From Porphyridium purpureum (lineage: Eukaryota), in assembly GCA_008690995.1 (NCBI GenBank), contig VRMN01000010.1, positions 62,001-126,000 on the forward strand: 64,000 bases of DNA. Direction: 5' to 3'. Positions 1-10,044 of this stretch are shown one piece after another; position 1 is the stretch's first letter, and each line of letters starts with the position of its first letter. Under the pieces are notes generated by a model. That model was given only the letters and a program-made list of their open reading frames with translations. It was not told the DNA's origin and searched no databases. The position numbers and the translations under genes were made by a program.

Positions 1-37
1 GCGGGTGCGGGGACGCGGGACAGACTGAGACACCGCA

Positions 38-1951
38 ATGAGCGCCAAGCGCGGTGCGACGGGTACCGCGAGCGCGGCAGGCGCCGCGGGCGCCCGGCCA
101 GCAGGCAACGGGGCCCAGATGCCCGGCTCGTACGACGACGGCTTGCTCTATTCGGACGATTACGGCCCGTACGGCGAGAGCGTGCCTGCGGAAGGCGAGG
201 CATTTAGCGGGCCGGGATCGTTTGTTCGCACGCCGCTGCTGCTCTCGCCGCGTATGCACACGCCGGTGGGTGCGCCGTCCGTGCTCCAGGAGTGGCAGAA
301 CAATTCGAATGCTCGAAAATCTTCGGCGCCAGCGCCGCACAACGGTCACGGTAGAGCGGCATCGTACGGCACACACGCAGGCGCAGAAATGCCTCCCGCA
401 GCGACTCAGGCGATGTACTTGAACGCCGCACCGGAGCATGGCGCAATGAGTCGCCTCGCGGAGCCTGCGTTGGGCATGGGCGCCGCTCAGATGCTTGCTG
501 CGGCAGCGGCACCAAATGCCGCCGCAGCAAGCGCCCATTCTCCAGGTCTCACGGCTCCCGCGCCGTCACCCGCTGCGGCCGGGCTTGGGTTTTTGCAGCC
601 ACCTGCGATGCAGCAGCAGCAACAACAACAACTACAACAACAACAACAGCAGCAGCTGCAGCAGCTGCACGGCGACGCCATGTCCGTTGCATCCAGCGCA
701 GCGGAAAATGCAGCAGCCGCGGGGACCGGCAGCTTGCTGGCGCCGCGCACGGTTTCGAATGTTGGTCGGGTGCAGGTGGCCGGTGCACGCAATGAGCTGT
801 TTGCCGCGGGGAAGAAGCCCAACATTATGATGACGGGACTGCCGCGTTCGGGAAAAACGAGCATTCTCAGTGTCCTGTTCCAAAAAGTATCGCCGCACGA
901 AACGCTCTTCCTCGATTCATCAGACAAGGTGGTCAAGCACGAGATTGAAAACTCGGCGTTCTGCCAGTTCCAACTGTGGGATGTGCCCGGAGTGAATGGC
1001 AGCAGCAACGCCGCAAATGCATTCAGTCACACCGGTGCCAGCTTGAGTGTGCATTCGGTGGTATCAAACGACTCTGTTTTCTCCGACTGCGCGGCTGTGA
1101 TTTTTGTGATTGATGTGACGAGCGAGGAGACAGACGAGGCACTGCAACGACTTCATCACACCATCACTCGCGCGGTGGCGACCAACCCGAACGTTTTCAT
1201 CGAGGTCTTCATCCACAAGGCAGACGCGCTGACCGAAGAGCAAAAAGTGCAGTGTCAACGCGAGCTTCAGGGACGCATTGACGAGGAACTCGAGGAGGTA
1301 GGCTTGCCGGGTGTGAGTGCGCGCATCCGCTATCGAGCGACGTCTATCTTTGACCATTCGGTGTACGAGGCGTTCTCGCAAGTCGTGCAGAACCTCATTC
1401 CGGAGACGCACACGCTCGAGAGCATGCTCGACTTTTTGGTCAATAACTGCGGCATGGAAAAGGCGTTTTTATTTGACGTGGTCAGCAAACTTTACGTCGC
1501 GACGGACAGCACGCCGGTGCACCCGGAGGATTTTGAGCTGTGCTCGGACATGATTGAGGTGATCATTGACGTGAGCTGCATTTACGACTCTGGCCTGCAG
1601 GACGCCGCGCGTGCAAGTGGAAACGCGCAATGGTCCGGTGCGGATGCAGAGAACGCTGGCACAGGGAGCGGCGGTGGCGGGAACGGCAGCAGTAGTGCAG
1701 CAGCGGCGGACTCTAACCGCGCGCCGCCGCCGCCGGTCAACTTTGGATACCAAACGCATTCGTCCGCCACCATTCGGCTGAGCAACAACATGGTGTTGTA
1801 TCTCAAGGAGGTTTCTAACTATTTGGCGTTGTGTTGCATTGTACGTTCGGACGTGTTTGACGCTGCGCTCGGTCTCATCGAGTACAATGTTGGCGTTTTC
1901 AAAGAGGGTCTTCAGCGCGTCATCCAGTACCGCGTGGATTCCAACAGGTGA
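38..1951 (+). CDS. RRAGC: Rag C/D (Gtr2-like) small GTPase with a long low-complexity/polyQ N-terminal extension
   Basis: P-loop GLPRSGKTS, SPHETLFL, LWDVPG, FIHKAD, TSIFDHSVYEAFS and C-terminal roadblock segment FLFDVVSKLYVATDS..ELCSDMI are typical of RagC/D. Confidence 0.93.
   Translation: MSAKRGATGTASAAGAAGARPAGNGAQMPGSYDDGLLYSDDYGPYGESVPAEGEAFSGPGSFVRTPLLLSPRMHTPVGAPSVLQEWQNNSNARKSSAPAPHNGHGRAASYGTHAGAEMPPAATQAMYLNAAPEHGAMSRLAEPALGMGAAQMLAAAAAPNAAAASAHSPGLTAPAPSPAAAGLGFLQPPAMQQQQQQQLQQQQQQQLQQLHGDAMSVASSAAENAAAAGTGSLLAPRTVSNVGRVQVAGARNELFAAGKKPNIMMTGLPRSGKTSILSVLFQKVSPHETLFLDSSDKVVKHEIENSAFCQFQLWDVPGVNGSSNAANAFSHTGASLSVHSVVSNDSVFSDCAAVIFVIDVTSEETDEALQRLHHTITRAVATNPNVFIEVFIHKADALTEEQKVQCQRELQGRIDEELEEVGLPGVSARIRYRATSIFDHSVYEAFSQVVQNLIPETHTLESMLDFLVNNCGMEKAFLFDVVSKLYVATDSTPVHPEDFELCSDMIEVIIDVSCIYDSGLQDAARASGNAQWSGADAENAGTGSGGGGNGSSSAAAADSNRAPPPPVNFGYQTHSSATIRLSNNMVLYLKEVSNYLALCCIVRSDVFDAALGLIEYNVGVFKEGLQRVIQYRVDSNR
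611..668 (+). repeat. CAG/CAA microsatellite encoding polyQ in RagC/D
   Basis: cagcagcagcaacaacaacaa... encodes QQQQQQQLQQQQQQQLQQL. Confidence 0.9.
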
Positions 1952-2192
1952 CCGCGCCGAAGGTTCACACGGGGCCTGATTCCAATGGCAAATGTTTTCC
2001 ACAAGGCAACGAGAGCACGCCGATGATCTGCGAACAATGTGTGACGTTTCGCCGGTTAGATTTAGTGAGGTCGGAATTGACCATAAAGAATACTAGTGTT
2101 CATATACTTACATGTGCGCGTGCAAGAGAGCCAAAAGAAGCAACCACAAGTCAAATGGCCCGCATGTACGCTAATTGCCGTTGCTTACGTCT

Positions 2193-3038
2193 CTATGAGA
2201 GGACTCTGCTTGTGCTGGTGTTCTGGTTCATGCTCGTGTTTGACAGCTCGCCATCGGGCTGGGCGTCGTTGGCTTGTTGTTTTTGGACTCCTGATGACGC
2301 TTGCGTTAGTTCTGTGCTGGATGGCGGCAGAGTTCTTCTTTTCGTGGGGCCAGAATTGGTTGGGCTTGCGTTGGAGGCGTCCGCGGCCTCAAGCCCGGTG
2401 TGGCCGTCGCGCGGCGCAACCTCGCCATTTTCGATTTGCATACCGATCCGGCTCACAATCCACTCGAGCCCTTCGCGCACGCCGAGCTCTTCCGTGGCGA
2501 TGCATGGCAACACCAGCAGCGGACGGTCGTCGTGCATACCAAGGACGCTGCGCACAACGGAACTGACCTGCAGCAGGCTGATGTGTTCGGCGGCATCACT
2601 ACCCCCGGCGTCTATCTGGGCGGCCTGCACATCCTGTTTGTTGACATAGACAAGCAGAGGGCGGTTCTCGAGCGCCGGGCGAGCCAGCACAGCCTTGAGC
2701 GTCTGCTTGCTCTGGGCGAAACGCGCGAGGTCTGTGGCGTCGATGAGAAACACGACGCCGTCTGCCTGGTCGAGGTAGCGCTCCCAGATCGCGCGTAGCG
2801 CGGGCCTTCCTCCCAGGTCCCAGAGCAGCACGGAGGCGCCACACAGCGCGAGCTTTGCGACATTGAGCCCGACGGTGGGCTGGATCTTGTCCGGCTCGGT
2901 GCGCTCGCAGCCGGCAAACACGTGCTTGCACGCGTCCAGGTACGTGGTCTTGCCGCACCCTTCCTCGCCCAGCACAATCACCTTGCGCAGCGGCCGCTCC
3001 GTCATCTGCTTGAACACGCCATACGCCAGACCAAACAT
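2193..3038 (-). CDS. ARFRP1: ARF-related protein 1 (ARFRP1/Arl3p-like GTPase)
   Basis: Starts MFGLAYG (M-F start typical of ARFRP1); GEEGCGKTT, PTVGLNV, WDLGG, NKQD; start set at ATG 3038. Confidence 0.85.
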   Translation of the reverse strand: MFGLAYGVFKQMTERPLRKVIVLGEEGCGKTTYLDACKHVFAGCERTEPDKIQPTVGLNVAKLALCGASVLLWDLGGRPALRAIWERYLDQADGVVFLIDATDLARFAQSKQTLKAVLARPALENRPLLVYVNKQDVQAAQIDAGGSDAAEHISLLQVSSVVRSVLGMHDDRPLLVLPCIATEELGVREGLEWIVSRIGMQIENGEVAPRDGHTGLEAADASNASPTNSGPTKRRTLPPSSTELTQASSGVQKQQANDAQPDGELSNTSMNQNTSTSRVLS

Positions 3039-3864
3039 CGCGCCGCCGATTCCCCCGCCCTTCCTCCCTCTTTCCCCTCCTCCATCCCCCCCAACTCCCG
3101 CTCCTTCGTTCCCCCAAAGCCAAACGAAAAAAAACGGCCTGCCGCGCCTGTACCGCACTTTCATACTCAAACCGCGCTATTCTGATAGTGTACAGTTGCG
3201 CACTCACCTCGACCAGCAGTACCCTTTGTACAGCGCGTACAGTGTGTACACCGAGCACAGTGGTTGCGGCTGGCTGCGGAAACCACGGGCGGCATCGGAA
3301 AGAACGAGTTTCGCTCCTGCGAATCAACCGCAGACATTTACAAACCCAACCACGACACACTCGGTGTGGCCTGTGAATCCCAGGCACGGCACAAGCAGGT
3401 CCTATGCCTACCACCAATCACGCGCGCGCTTGCGGCGGTTCTCCATCCCAGCGCTCTCTTCAATTTATCGGACTACCGTCTCTCCAGGCACTTCGCTTTC
3501 TGCGTTCCGATTCCTTATCGGTTCGGTTCGGTTCGGTTTGGTTTTCCGGCGCTCATCGGAGCAGCTGATGTGAAGTACAGTTAGAAGTACAGCGAAATGG
3601 CGGCTAGGGTTACTCTGAGCGGTGGAGCGTGGTGATCCCGCGCGCGACGTGATGGCGATGCGGTGTGGCAGTTGCTGTGCGATTGCGGCGGTGGATGCTG
3701 AGTTGGTCCTAAAAGACGGTCAGTTGGCGCAGCGCGCTCGCGCGCACGTGCGTGCCACAGCGCGCTTCAAACAAGGATTACACAGACAAACGGAACAGAA
3801 CAGAACGGAACGGAACGGAACGCAGACAGGTCTGGGTAGCTGTTGTAGAGGAACGGTCCGCCGC

Positions 3865-5073
3865 ATGGATTGTGCGGCCGGCGGCTGTCTCAAGAGACTC
3901 GTGCGGCCATGGTTTGCGGCGCAGCGCGGCATGTTCGCGCCGGACAGGCAGAGCCGCGGCTGGCAACGGCGCGCACTCGCAGTCGCCGCGCCGTCGGCCA
4001 CACACACGGCTCCGTCTGGCGCCATGAGCCGCAAGCACGCGCTCTCGTACTGCATGGAGCTGATGCGTCAACATGAGCGGCTCCAGTTCTTCGCCCACCT
4101 GCTCCAGCCAACAGATATCAAACCGCTGCATGCAGGGCTGCGCGCATTGCGCATCGAACTGTTGCGTGCGGTCTCGCCCGTGTCCGTGCACGCCGACCCT
4201 CAACGCGCGGTGCAGCGCGATTTGTCAAGTATACAGCCAGCAGACCTCAAGCGGCTCCGCCTCGAATGGATCCGGGCGGGGCTGCAGCAGGTCATGGACA
4301 CACGGGCCCAAGACAAGGCACAGATGCAGAATCTGGGCTCTCCCGTCTTGCAACTGCTGGCAGAAGAACTGCACGGAACACACGCAGGCCAAGAGCGCCG
4401 CGTTTCGCGCATGTGGCTGACGCGGCTCGTGGACTCCGCGGAGGCGCGGCTGGATGCCATGCAGCGAGCATACATGTGGGAGTCGACCGCCCAGCTGGAG
4501 GCCGAGCTGGGGGACAAGGACCACGCAGGCGTGCTGCGCCTTCAGCTCGAGGCCATGAACGTTCGCAGCTCGATCTGCGATCATGCCGCCGCCCACCTTG
4601 GCAATGCGCTAGCCATTGTCGAGAATCTTGCTGCGTCCGCGTCGCTCGCACGACAGGCCAAAGTGAGCGTGCCGCGCGATGTTGTGCAAAAATGCGACGC
4701 ACAACCGGCGTTCTGGTTCAAGTATGTCGGCTCTCATTCGAGTGGCGAGCGTTCGGACAACACGCTGGAATCAGATGAGGCCAAGCAGCTGGATGCGTGG
4801 ACGCATGCGCACTACGAGCTCGCGTGCCAGGCGAAGCAGCATCTGCACACGGCACGCAGCTTCGAGACGGCCATCCGAGAAAAGTCTCGCGAGCACGCGC
4901 GCGCAGCGTCGTGCGCTTTCCTTGGCGGCGCAGCCATCGCCGAGCGATTCCTGCTAACATTCGAGCGCACAGCGAGCTTCAATCCTGTCCTGCTGCCCGC
5001 CGCTGGCCTCAGTGCGAGCCCAGTGCCTGTCCAATGGCGCATGGCGCGCAACCGCCTGCTGCGCACATTTTGA
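3865..5073 (+). CDS. NDUFAF6: Squalene/phytoene-synthase-like complex I assembly factor (NDUFAF6-like)
   Basis: YCMELMRQHE, LRALRIEL, RLEW, SPVLQLL, WLTRLVDSAE, DHAAAHLGNA and ACQAKQHLHTAR match the NDUFAF6 pattern; Arg-rich N-terminus; start uncertain (3865/3931/4024). Confidence 0.7.
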   Translation: MDCAAGGCLKRLVRPWFAAQRGMFAPDRQSRGWQRRALAVAAPSATHTAPSGAMSRKHALSYCMELMRQHERLQFFAHLLQPTDIKPLHAGLRALRIELLRAVSPVSVHADPQRAVQRDLSSIQPADLKRLRLEWIRAGLQQVMDTRAQDKAQMQNLGSPVLQLLAEELHGTHAGQERRVSRMWLTRLVDSAEARLDAMQRAYMWESTAQLEAELGDKDHAGVLRLQLEAMNVRSSICDHAAAHLGNALAIVENLAASASLARQAKVSVPRDVVQKCDAQPAFWFKYVGSHSSGERSDNTLESDEAKQLDAWTHAHYELACQAKQHLHTARSFETAIREKSREHARAASCAFLGGAAIAERFLLTFERTASFNPVLLPAAGLSASPVPVQWRMARNRLLRTF

Positions 5074-5229
5074 TTCGCACATGCGTGGCACAGGCTCATG
5101 AGCGCGAGGCGTGCGCTCTTTGCCGGCAATGCCTCACACAGTAAAAGAACTTGATTATCCATCGTTCACGCTCGCCCTCGGCGTTGCATCCGCTTGCAGC
5201 AAGAGCCCGAGTGAATCCCCGGCAGAAAC

Positions 5230-7035
5230 ATGGCGAAGCGGCGGCGGTCAGACGTCAGCAATGCAAAGGCGGTCGAGCCGCGGCACGTCCGCGAGCCTGT
5301 ACAGGAGATTCTAGAGCAGGCGCGAAAGCGTGCAGATGCCGGGGAGGAGCGCGGGCGCGCCGCGCTGGATGCCGCATTGCGTTCGCGCCGCATCCTGGAG
5401 GTGAACCGAGTGGTGGGTGAGCTCGGGAAGGCCAGGTACCTAAACTTGATTCATGACATACCGGCGCGCATGTCGCGTGAACCGTTTCGCTTGCAGCCGT
5501 CTGTGCACACGTTCAGCAACATCATTAACACGTGCGTGCGCTGCGGTGATCTGCCGCTCGCACGGAGAACTGTGGAACAGATGGCCGAGCAGTTTGGAGT
5601 GCGCCCAAACCAGGTCACGCTGACTGCTCTGCTCAAGGGGGAGGCGCAAGCGCCGGTGCGCTCCATGTCGTCAGCTATGGAAGTTTTCCAGCGGCTATGC
5701 GACGAACATGCGGGTTTAAAGTTGGATACGAACCTCCGCACGATCAACACCATGCTCCGTGGCTGCGTCCGCATGTGCGACATGCGTGCCGCCAAATCAC
5801 TGATGAAGCTCGTCAAGCAAATATGGAAGACTGGCCAGCAACAGGATGCACAGGCCGAAGTCGATCTGGGCTTTGGCGCGGCGTTCGAGTATTACATCAA
5901 GGTTCTGTGCTACAATGCGCGGCCGCGCCGCGCACACAAAGTGTTGCGCAAGATGCAGCGTCGTCACATTGCCTCACCGACGCCGCCCATGCTGTGCGAG
6001 CTGGCCTGCGCCTACGCGCTGCTCGGCAATGTGGCCGCGAGCCGTTCCGTTCTTTCCTTGGCCGCGGGACGTGCAGCAACACCAGCTGCACAGGGGTCTA
6101 GACCCACAGACTCACTGCAGCTCTTCAATCGATTGCGCGACCAGCAGGCAGACATCTCCCTGATGCGCGTAGAGCGCTTTCTGAATGATTCTTCGCTGGG
6201 GAGCCGCGAGCGCTCATCCATTGCCGCGCAGGTTGAGCGCGGCGGGTTTTGGTCACATCCTCGTGTCATTCTAGATGACGATGAAGACAATGAGTTTTCC
6301 GAGCTCCCGCCGCTCAAGTTTCACAAGCTGTTTGGGGACCGGAAGGCCGTCAAGGTGGAGATTTGCAGCGGGCACGGCGACTGGGTGACATCGCGCGCCC
6401 GCGCGGACGCAAGCACAGGTGAGAGCATATGCAACTGGGTGGCAGTGGAGATGAGGTTGGACCGGGTGTACCAGACGTGGGCAAAAGCCCTTCTGGATGG
6501 CGTGCGTAACTTGGCAGTGCTTGGCGGCACGGCACAGCGCATGCTTCGGCGCATGCAGAACCACTCGGTTGCGGAAGTCTTTGTGAACTTTCCGGACCCG
6601 CCACCTCCATATCTACAGGAGAACAAGCTTGTGTTGCTTGACGCTGCGTTCATGCAGCAGGTGCTGCGCGTGCTACAACCCGGTGGTGTGCTCACCATTG
6701 TCACAGACGACGCCCTGTACGCTGGCTGCGCTGAAGATCAACTGCGAAAAGTTCTTCTCGAGGCGCAAGCGAACGCTCGCATTGCTCATGTTGCGGAAGG
6801 TATTGAACCGTTTGTGGTGCTCACAGCGCAACGTGCAGGACAGGAAAATGAAGAGGAAGGCCGAACAGAAGGAGGACATGACACACCAACAGCCAGAGAG
6901 GGAGCTGCAGCGCTATCCTCTCGATCATTCTTCTCCGGGGATCTGCCGCACGATTATGGCAACAGCTACTTTGACTCGATGTGGAAGAATGGCAACCGTA
7001 CGCGCCGCTTCTTTATGCAGATACAGAAAAAATAG
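5230..7035 (+). CDS. PPR-repeat protein fused to a TrmB-type tRNA (guanine-N7) methyltransferase domain
   Basis: PPR motifs PSVHTFSNIINTCVRCGD, PNQVTLTALLKG, NLRTINTMLRGCVR; C-terminal EICSGHG, WVAVEMRLDRV, VNFPDP, VLQPGGVLTIVTDD. Confidence 0.85.
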   Translation: MAKRRRSDVSNAKAVEPRHVREPVQEILEQARKRADAGEERGRAALDAALRSRRILEVNRVVGELGKARYLNLIHDIPARMSREPFRLQPSVHTFSNIINTCVRCGDLPLARRTVEQMAEQFGVRPNQVTLTALLKGEAQAPVRSMSSAMEVFQRLCDEHAGLKLDTNLRTINTMLRGCVRMCDMRAAKSLMKLVKQIWKTGQQQDAQAEVDLGFGAAFEYYIKVLCYNARPRRAHKVLRKMQRRHIASPTPPMLCELACAYALLGNVAASRSVLSLAAGRAATPAAQGSRPTDSLQLFNRLRDQQADISLMRVERFLNDSSLGSRERSSIAAQVERGGFWSHPRVILDDDEDNEFSELPPLKFHKLFGDRKAVKVEICSGHGDWVTSRARADASTGESICNWVAVEMRLDRVYQTWAKALLDGVRNLAVLGGTAQRMLRRMQNHSVAEVFVNFPDPPPPYLQENKLVLLDAAFMQQVLRVLQPGGVLTIVTDDALYAGCAEDQLRKVLLEAQANARIAHVAEGIEPFVVLTAQRAGQENEEEGRTEGGHDTPTAREGAAALSSRSFFSGDLPHDYGNSYFDSMWKNGNRTRRFFMQIQKK

Positions 7036-7701
7036 CGAGTGAGTTGTCGTTCAAGTTGAATGTCCCACTTGAGTGTTGTCCAGGCCCCGCATCGTCGTGG
7101 ATGTGATGGATTCGCGCACGCCGCGACCCTGTGCCATCTGAAGGAGGCCTTGGCTGCTGGCGTCGCTCGAGCCTATGCTTCGTTCGCAATACAGCCGTCT
7201 TCTCGAAGCGGTTTGGTTTCGTGCAAGAGAAGAGGATTGTGGAGGAGCAGATTTGGCGCGTCCCGCCCGATTCTACTGTTGCGGGTCGAATGCCTTTGTG
7301 ACTGCAAATGCGATGTGCTAATGTTGGTCAGAAATAGAGGAGCAGAGAAGAGGTTTTGGAAGACGAGGCGCGCATGTGCATGTGCGTGGTTGATTCACGA
7401 GGCCACAGCCTGTCTCACTTGCAGTGGTCATGGATATCCGAAAACCGTTGTGTGATCGTTTCAGAGCACAGAGTACGTTCAGCGGCAACGCTTTGCAAGA
7501 ATTCGGGTGTTGCCATTTACATAGCGGTTTCGTTGGCTGGAAGAGTGTGTTGAAAGCGTTTCGCTGAAAGCACTTGATACCTCTTAACGTCGCAGGACGT
7601 CTAGGTAGAGAACAGAGGAAAGAGTAGCGCATCGTTCTGTTCAAAAGCCATTCAATAAAAGAAAAACTATTATGAGTTCTTTGATAAAGTACGTGCCAAA
7701 C

Positions 7702-8658
7702 TCAGTCAAACCACTGCAGGCCCTTGATCTGCGGCGCTGCGGTCTCTGTATTCTTCCGCACAAGGTGCCACTCGTGGAAGTTCTTTGTCTTATGGTCGGG
7801 GTGTCGCACACGACCCTTGCAATATTCGTTTCCATCGAGCACTGCGATTGTATCAGCTACATGTGGACGACCGGTGAGCACAGCCTGCGTCACGCCCAAC
7901 CCACATTCCATATGCAGATTCCAGCCAGATACATTGTCCAGTCTGGCGGCCAGCTTGCGGTCCACGCGCGTGAAAAACCACTCGCCCTGTCGAACAACGC
8001 TCGCGCTGCTCACGTTCTTGAGTGCCTTGGGTTTCAGGTCCTCGCGAGCCTGCGCCACCTTGGTTGCCGCCTTTGGCAGCTGGCAGACAAAGAGGTGCTG
8101 CTCGTCCATACCCACCAAGAAGTGCTTGACCTCGCCACCGGTCTTCTGCGTGATTGTCTCGTCGCGGTATGCGCCCAATTTGGGGTCCCAGACAGTACGC
8201 CTGATGTTGATCTCTCGTTCAGGCTCGTCCACTTTGAGGACAGCTTGCCGCAGTGCACGGTTGGAGTCGAGAAACTCCACGCTGTTGCCCTGTCCTGCAT
8301 ACACCTGGAATTGCTCTTGACTCCTTTCATTCTTTCCGTTTTTCTTATTGCTCTTGCGGATATCCATGAGGAACGCCTCGCTGCCGTTCAACCCGAATGA
8401 GCGTCCAGCAAACTCTTCCGGCGTCGCGCATACGCGAGCAGGAAGGTCCGCCTCCCGGAAACCGGTCGACAGCTTTGCTCGCTCCTTCGCGTCCATGACT
8501 GGCACTCTCAGAATTTGCTTCCTTAATTTCACAAGTCTCGCCTTGCCTTTTTGCTCGGTGCTTTCCTCCGGGTCCAAGATCCGGAAATCAACGCCTCGAG
8601 CAGCGAACTGCTCGCTTGTGACTCTACCTCTTGTCCACCTCACCACGTCGCTCGGCAT
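7702..8658 (-). CDS. Uncharacterised bacterial-type protein (FLxGxDE / VRQGEWFF / GRVRHPDHKT motifs)
   Basis: 318-aa ATG ORF with globular composition; motifs resemble an uncharacterised bacterial family (recollection, not searched). Confidence 0.75.
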   Translation of the reverse strand: MPSDVVRWTRGRVTSEQFAARGVDFRILDPEESTEQKGKARLVKLRKQILRVPVMDAKERAKLSTGFREADLPARVCATPEEFAGRSFGLNGSEAFLMDIRKSNKKNGKNERSQEQFQVYAGQGNSVEFLDSNRALRQAVLKVDEPEREINIRRTVWDPKLGAYRDETITQKTGGEVKHFLVGMDEQHLFVCQLPKAATKVAQAREDLKPKALKNVSSASVVRQGEWFFTRVDRKLAARLDNVSGWNLHMECGLGVTQAVLTGRPHVADTIAVLDGNEYCKGRVRHPDHKTKNFHEWHLVRKNTETAAPQIKGLQWFD

Positions 8659-9005
8659 GGCGCACGGGCGTCCTGAAATACCCCGCCGCAGCCCGGACGT
8701 TCATTGTCACGTCCGCGACAACATGCCCATTCGCCAGCCGTGCATCTTGTTCGCCACGGCACGCGGCGCGCGCCACGTGGCAACCAGACTTGTTTCCCAG
8801 GCCCGAGCCATACATGACGCAGCGCCAGCGGCGCACCAAAGTCAACCTGCTCACGTTGGCATCGAGCTGCGTTCTAACGCTCAGCGCCACCTCCCCATCT
8901 CGCACTGTACCTTTACTGTACCGTAAGAAACCACATCCCGGTTTTAAACCGATAAACCGAATGCGGTTACGCGGCGTACCGGTTTCGGATCTGGCGCGAA
9001 ATGCT

Positions 9006-9043
9006 CCAAACCGCCAAACCGCCAAACCGCCAAACCGCCAAAC
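9006..9043 (+). repeat. Tandem 8-mer (CCAAACCG) x ~4.5
   Basis: ccaaaccgccaaaccgccaaaccgccaaaccgccaaac. Confidence 0.9.
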
Positions 9044-9570
9044 TGTCGAACCCGAGGAATCTTGCCGCACCTCATGCGAATCGCCCGTGCCAGACCAGAT
9101 TCTCACGGCTGTGCGAGACAAACCTCTTATTCTACCAGTCTCTCGTCCATCCATACCCAAGCATCACGGCATTGACCGCCACGCCGAGCGCCGCGCTCCT
9201 TGGAAGGCTAGATACGAATCGCATCCGGGACACGTTCTCCCAGTTCTCCACTCGCCACGCTGCGGCACTCTTGAAGCGCATGCGGTCGTTTATCGGTTTC
9301 CCGGGTAGCCGTTATCTCCGTTAACCGATCTGCCGCGCGCGCCACAATTCTCACGATCGTGATGGGGGTACAGCTCGTGGAATCGTTTGCTATAAAAGAA
9401 CCCCGTTTTAATAGAAAGACGCATTCGAACGTTACTGGGAAAGAGAGCGGTTTGAGTATGAAACGAGTGTGCGGGAAATGACCGCGTTGGAAGGGGGTAC
9501 AGTGGTGGGAATAAAGTGAGGCGGCGCCAGACGCGCGCGTGTTGCCGCGTGTGTTGCGGCAACAAGCGAA

Positions 9571-9779
9571 AGCTCGATTGCCAGCTCGATTGCCAGCTCG
9601 GACCGCCAGCTCGATTGCCAGCTCGGACCGCCAGCTCGACCGCCAGCTCGACCGCCAGCTCGGACCGCCAGCTCGACCGCCAGCTCGACCGCCAGCTCGC
9701 CAGCTCGATTGCCAGCTCGATTGCCAGCTCGAGCCAGCGACCGCCAGCGCGACCGCCAGCTCGATTGCCGGTTCGACTG
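9571..9779 (+). repeat. Minisatellite of ~17 copies of a 12-13-bp unit GCCAGCTCG(A/GA)(TT/CC)
   Basis: Interleaved variants gccagctcgatt, gccagctcgacc and gccagctcggacc are directly visible. Confidence 0.92.
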
Positions 9780-10044
9780 TCGGTTGTCCACGCGCCATGC
9801 GCAACCTCCTGCGACGTGCAGGCGAGACTGGCAGACAAGGTGTACGTGTTCACTGAACAACTGCGCAGTAGACAGCCGCCGGCAGTTGCAGCAGCAGTCT
9901 GGTCGTGTTCGCGCGCGTGGCTCGCTTTCGGAGAGCCGCGGAATCACTGGACATTAGGGACCAACTGTGTCTCGCGCCTTCCTGTACCCGCGGGCAACTG
10001 CAAATGTTGCGGGTGGCACGGCGACATTTTCTGCGATACTGAAC

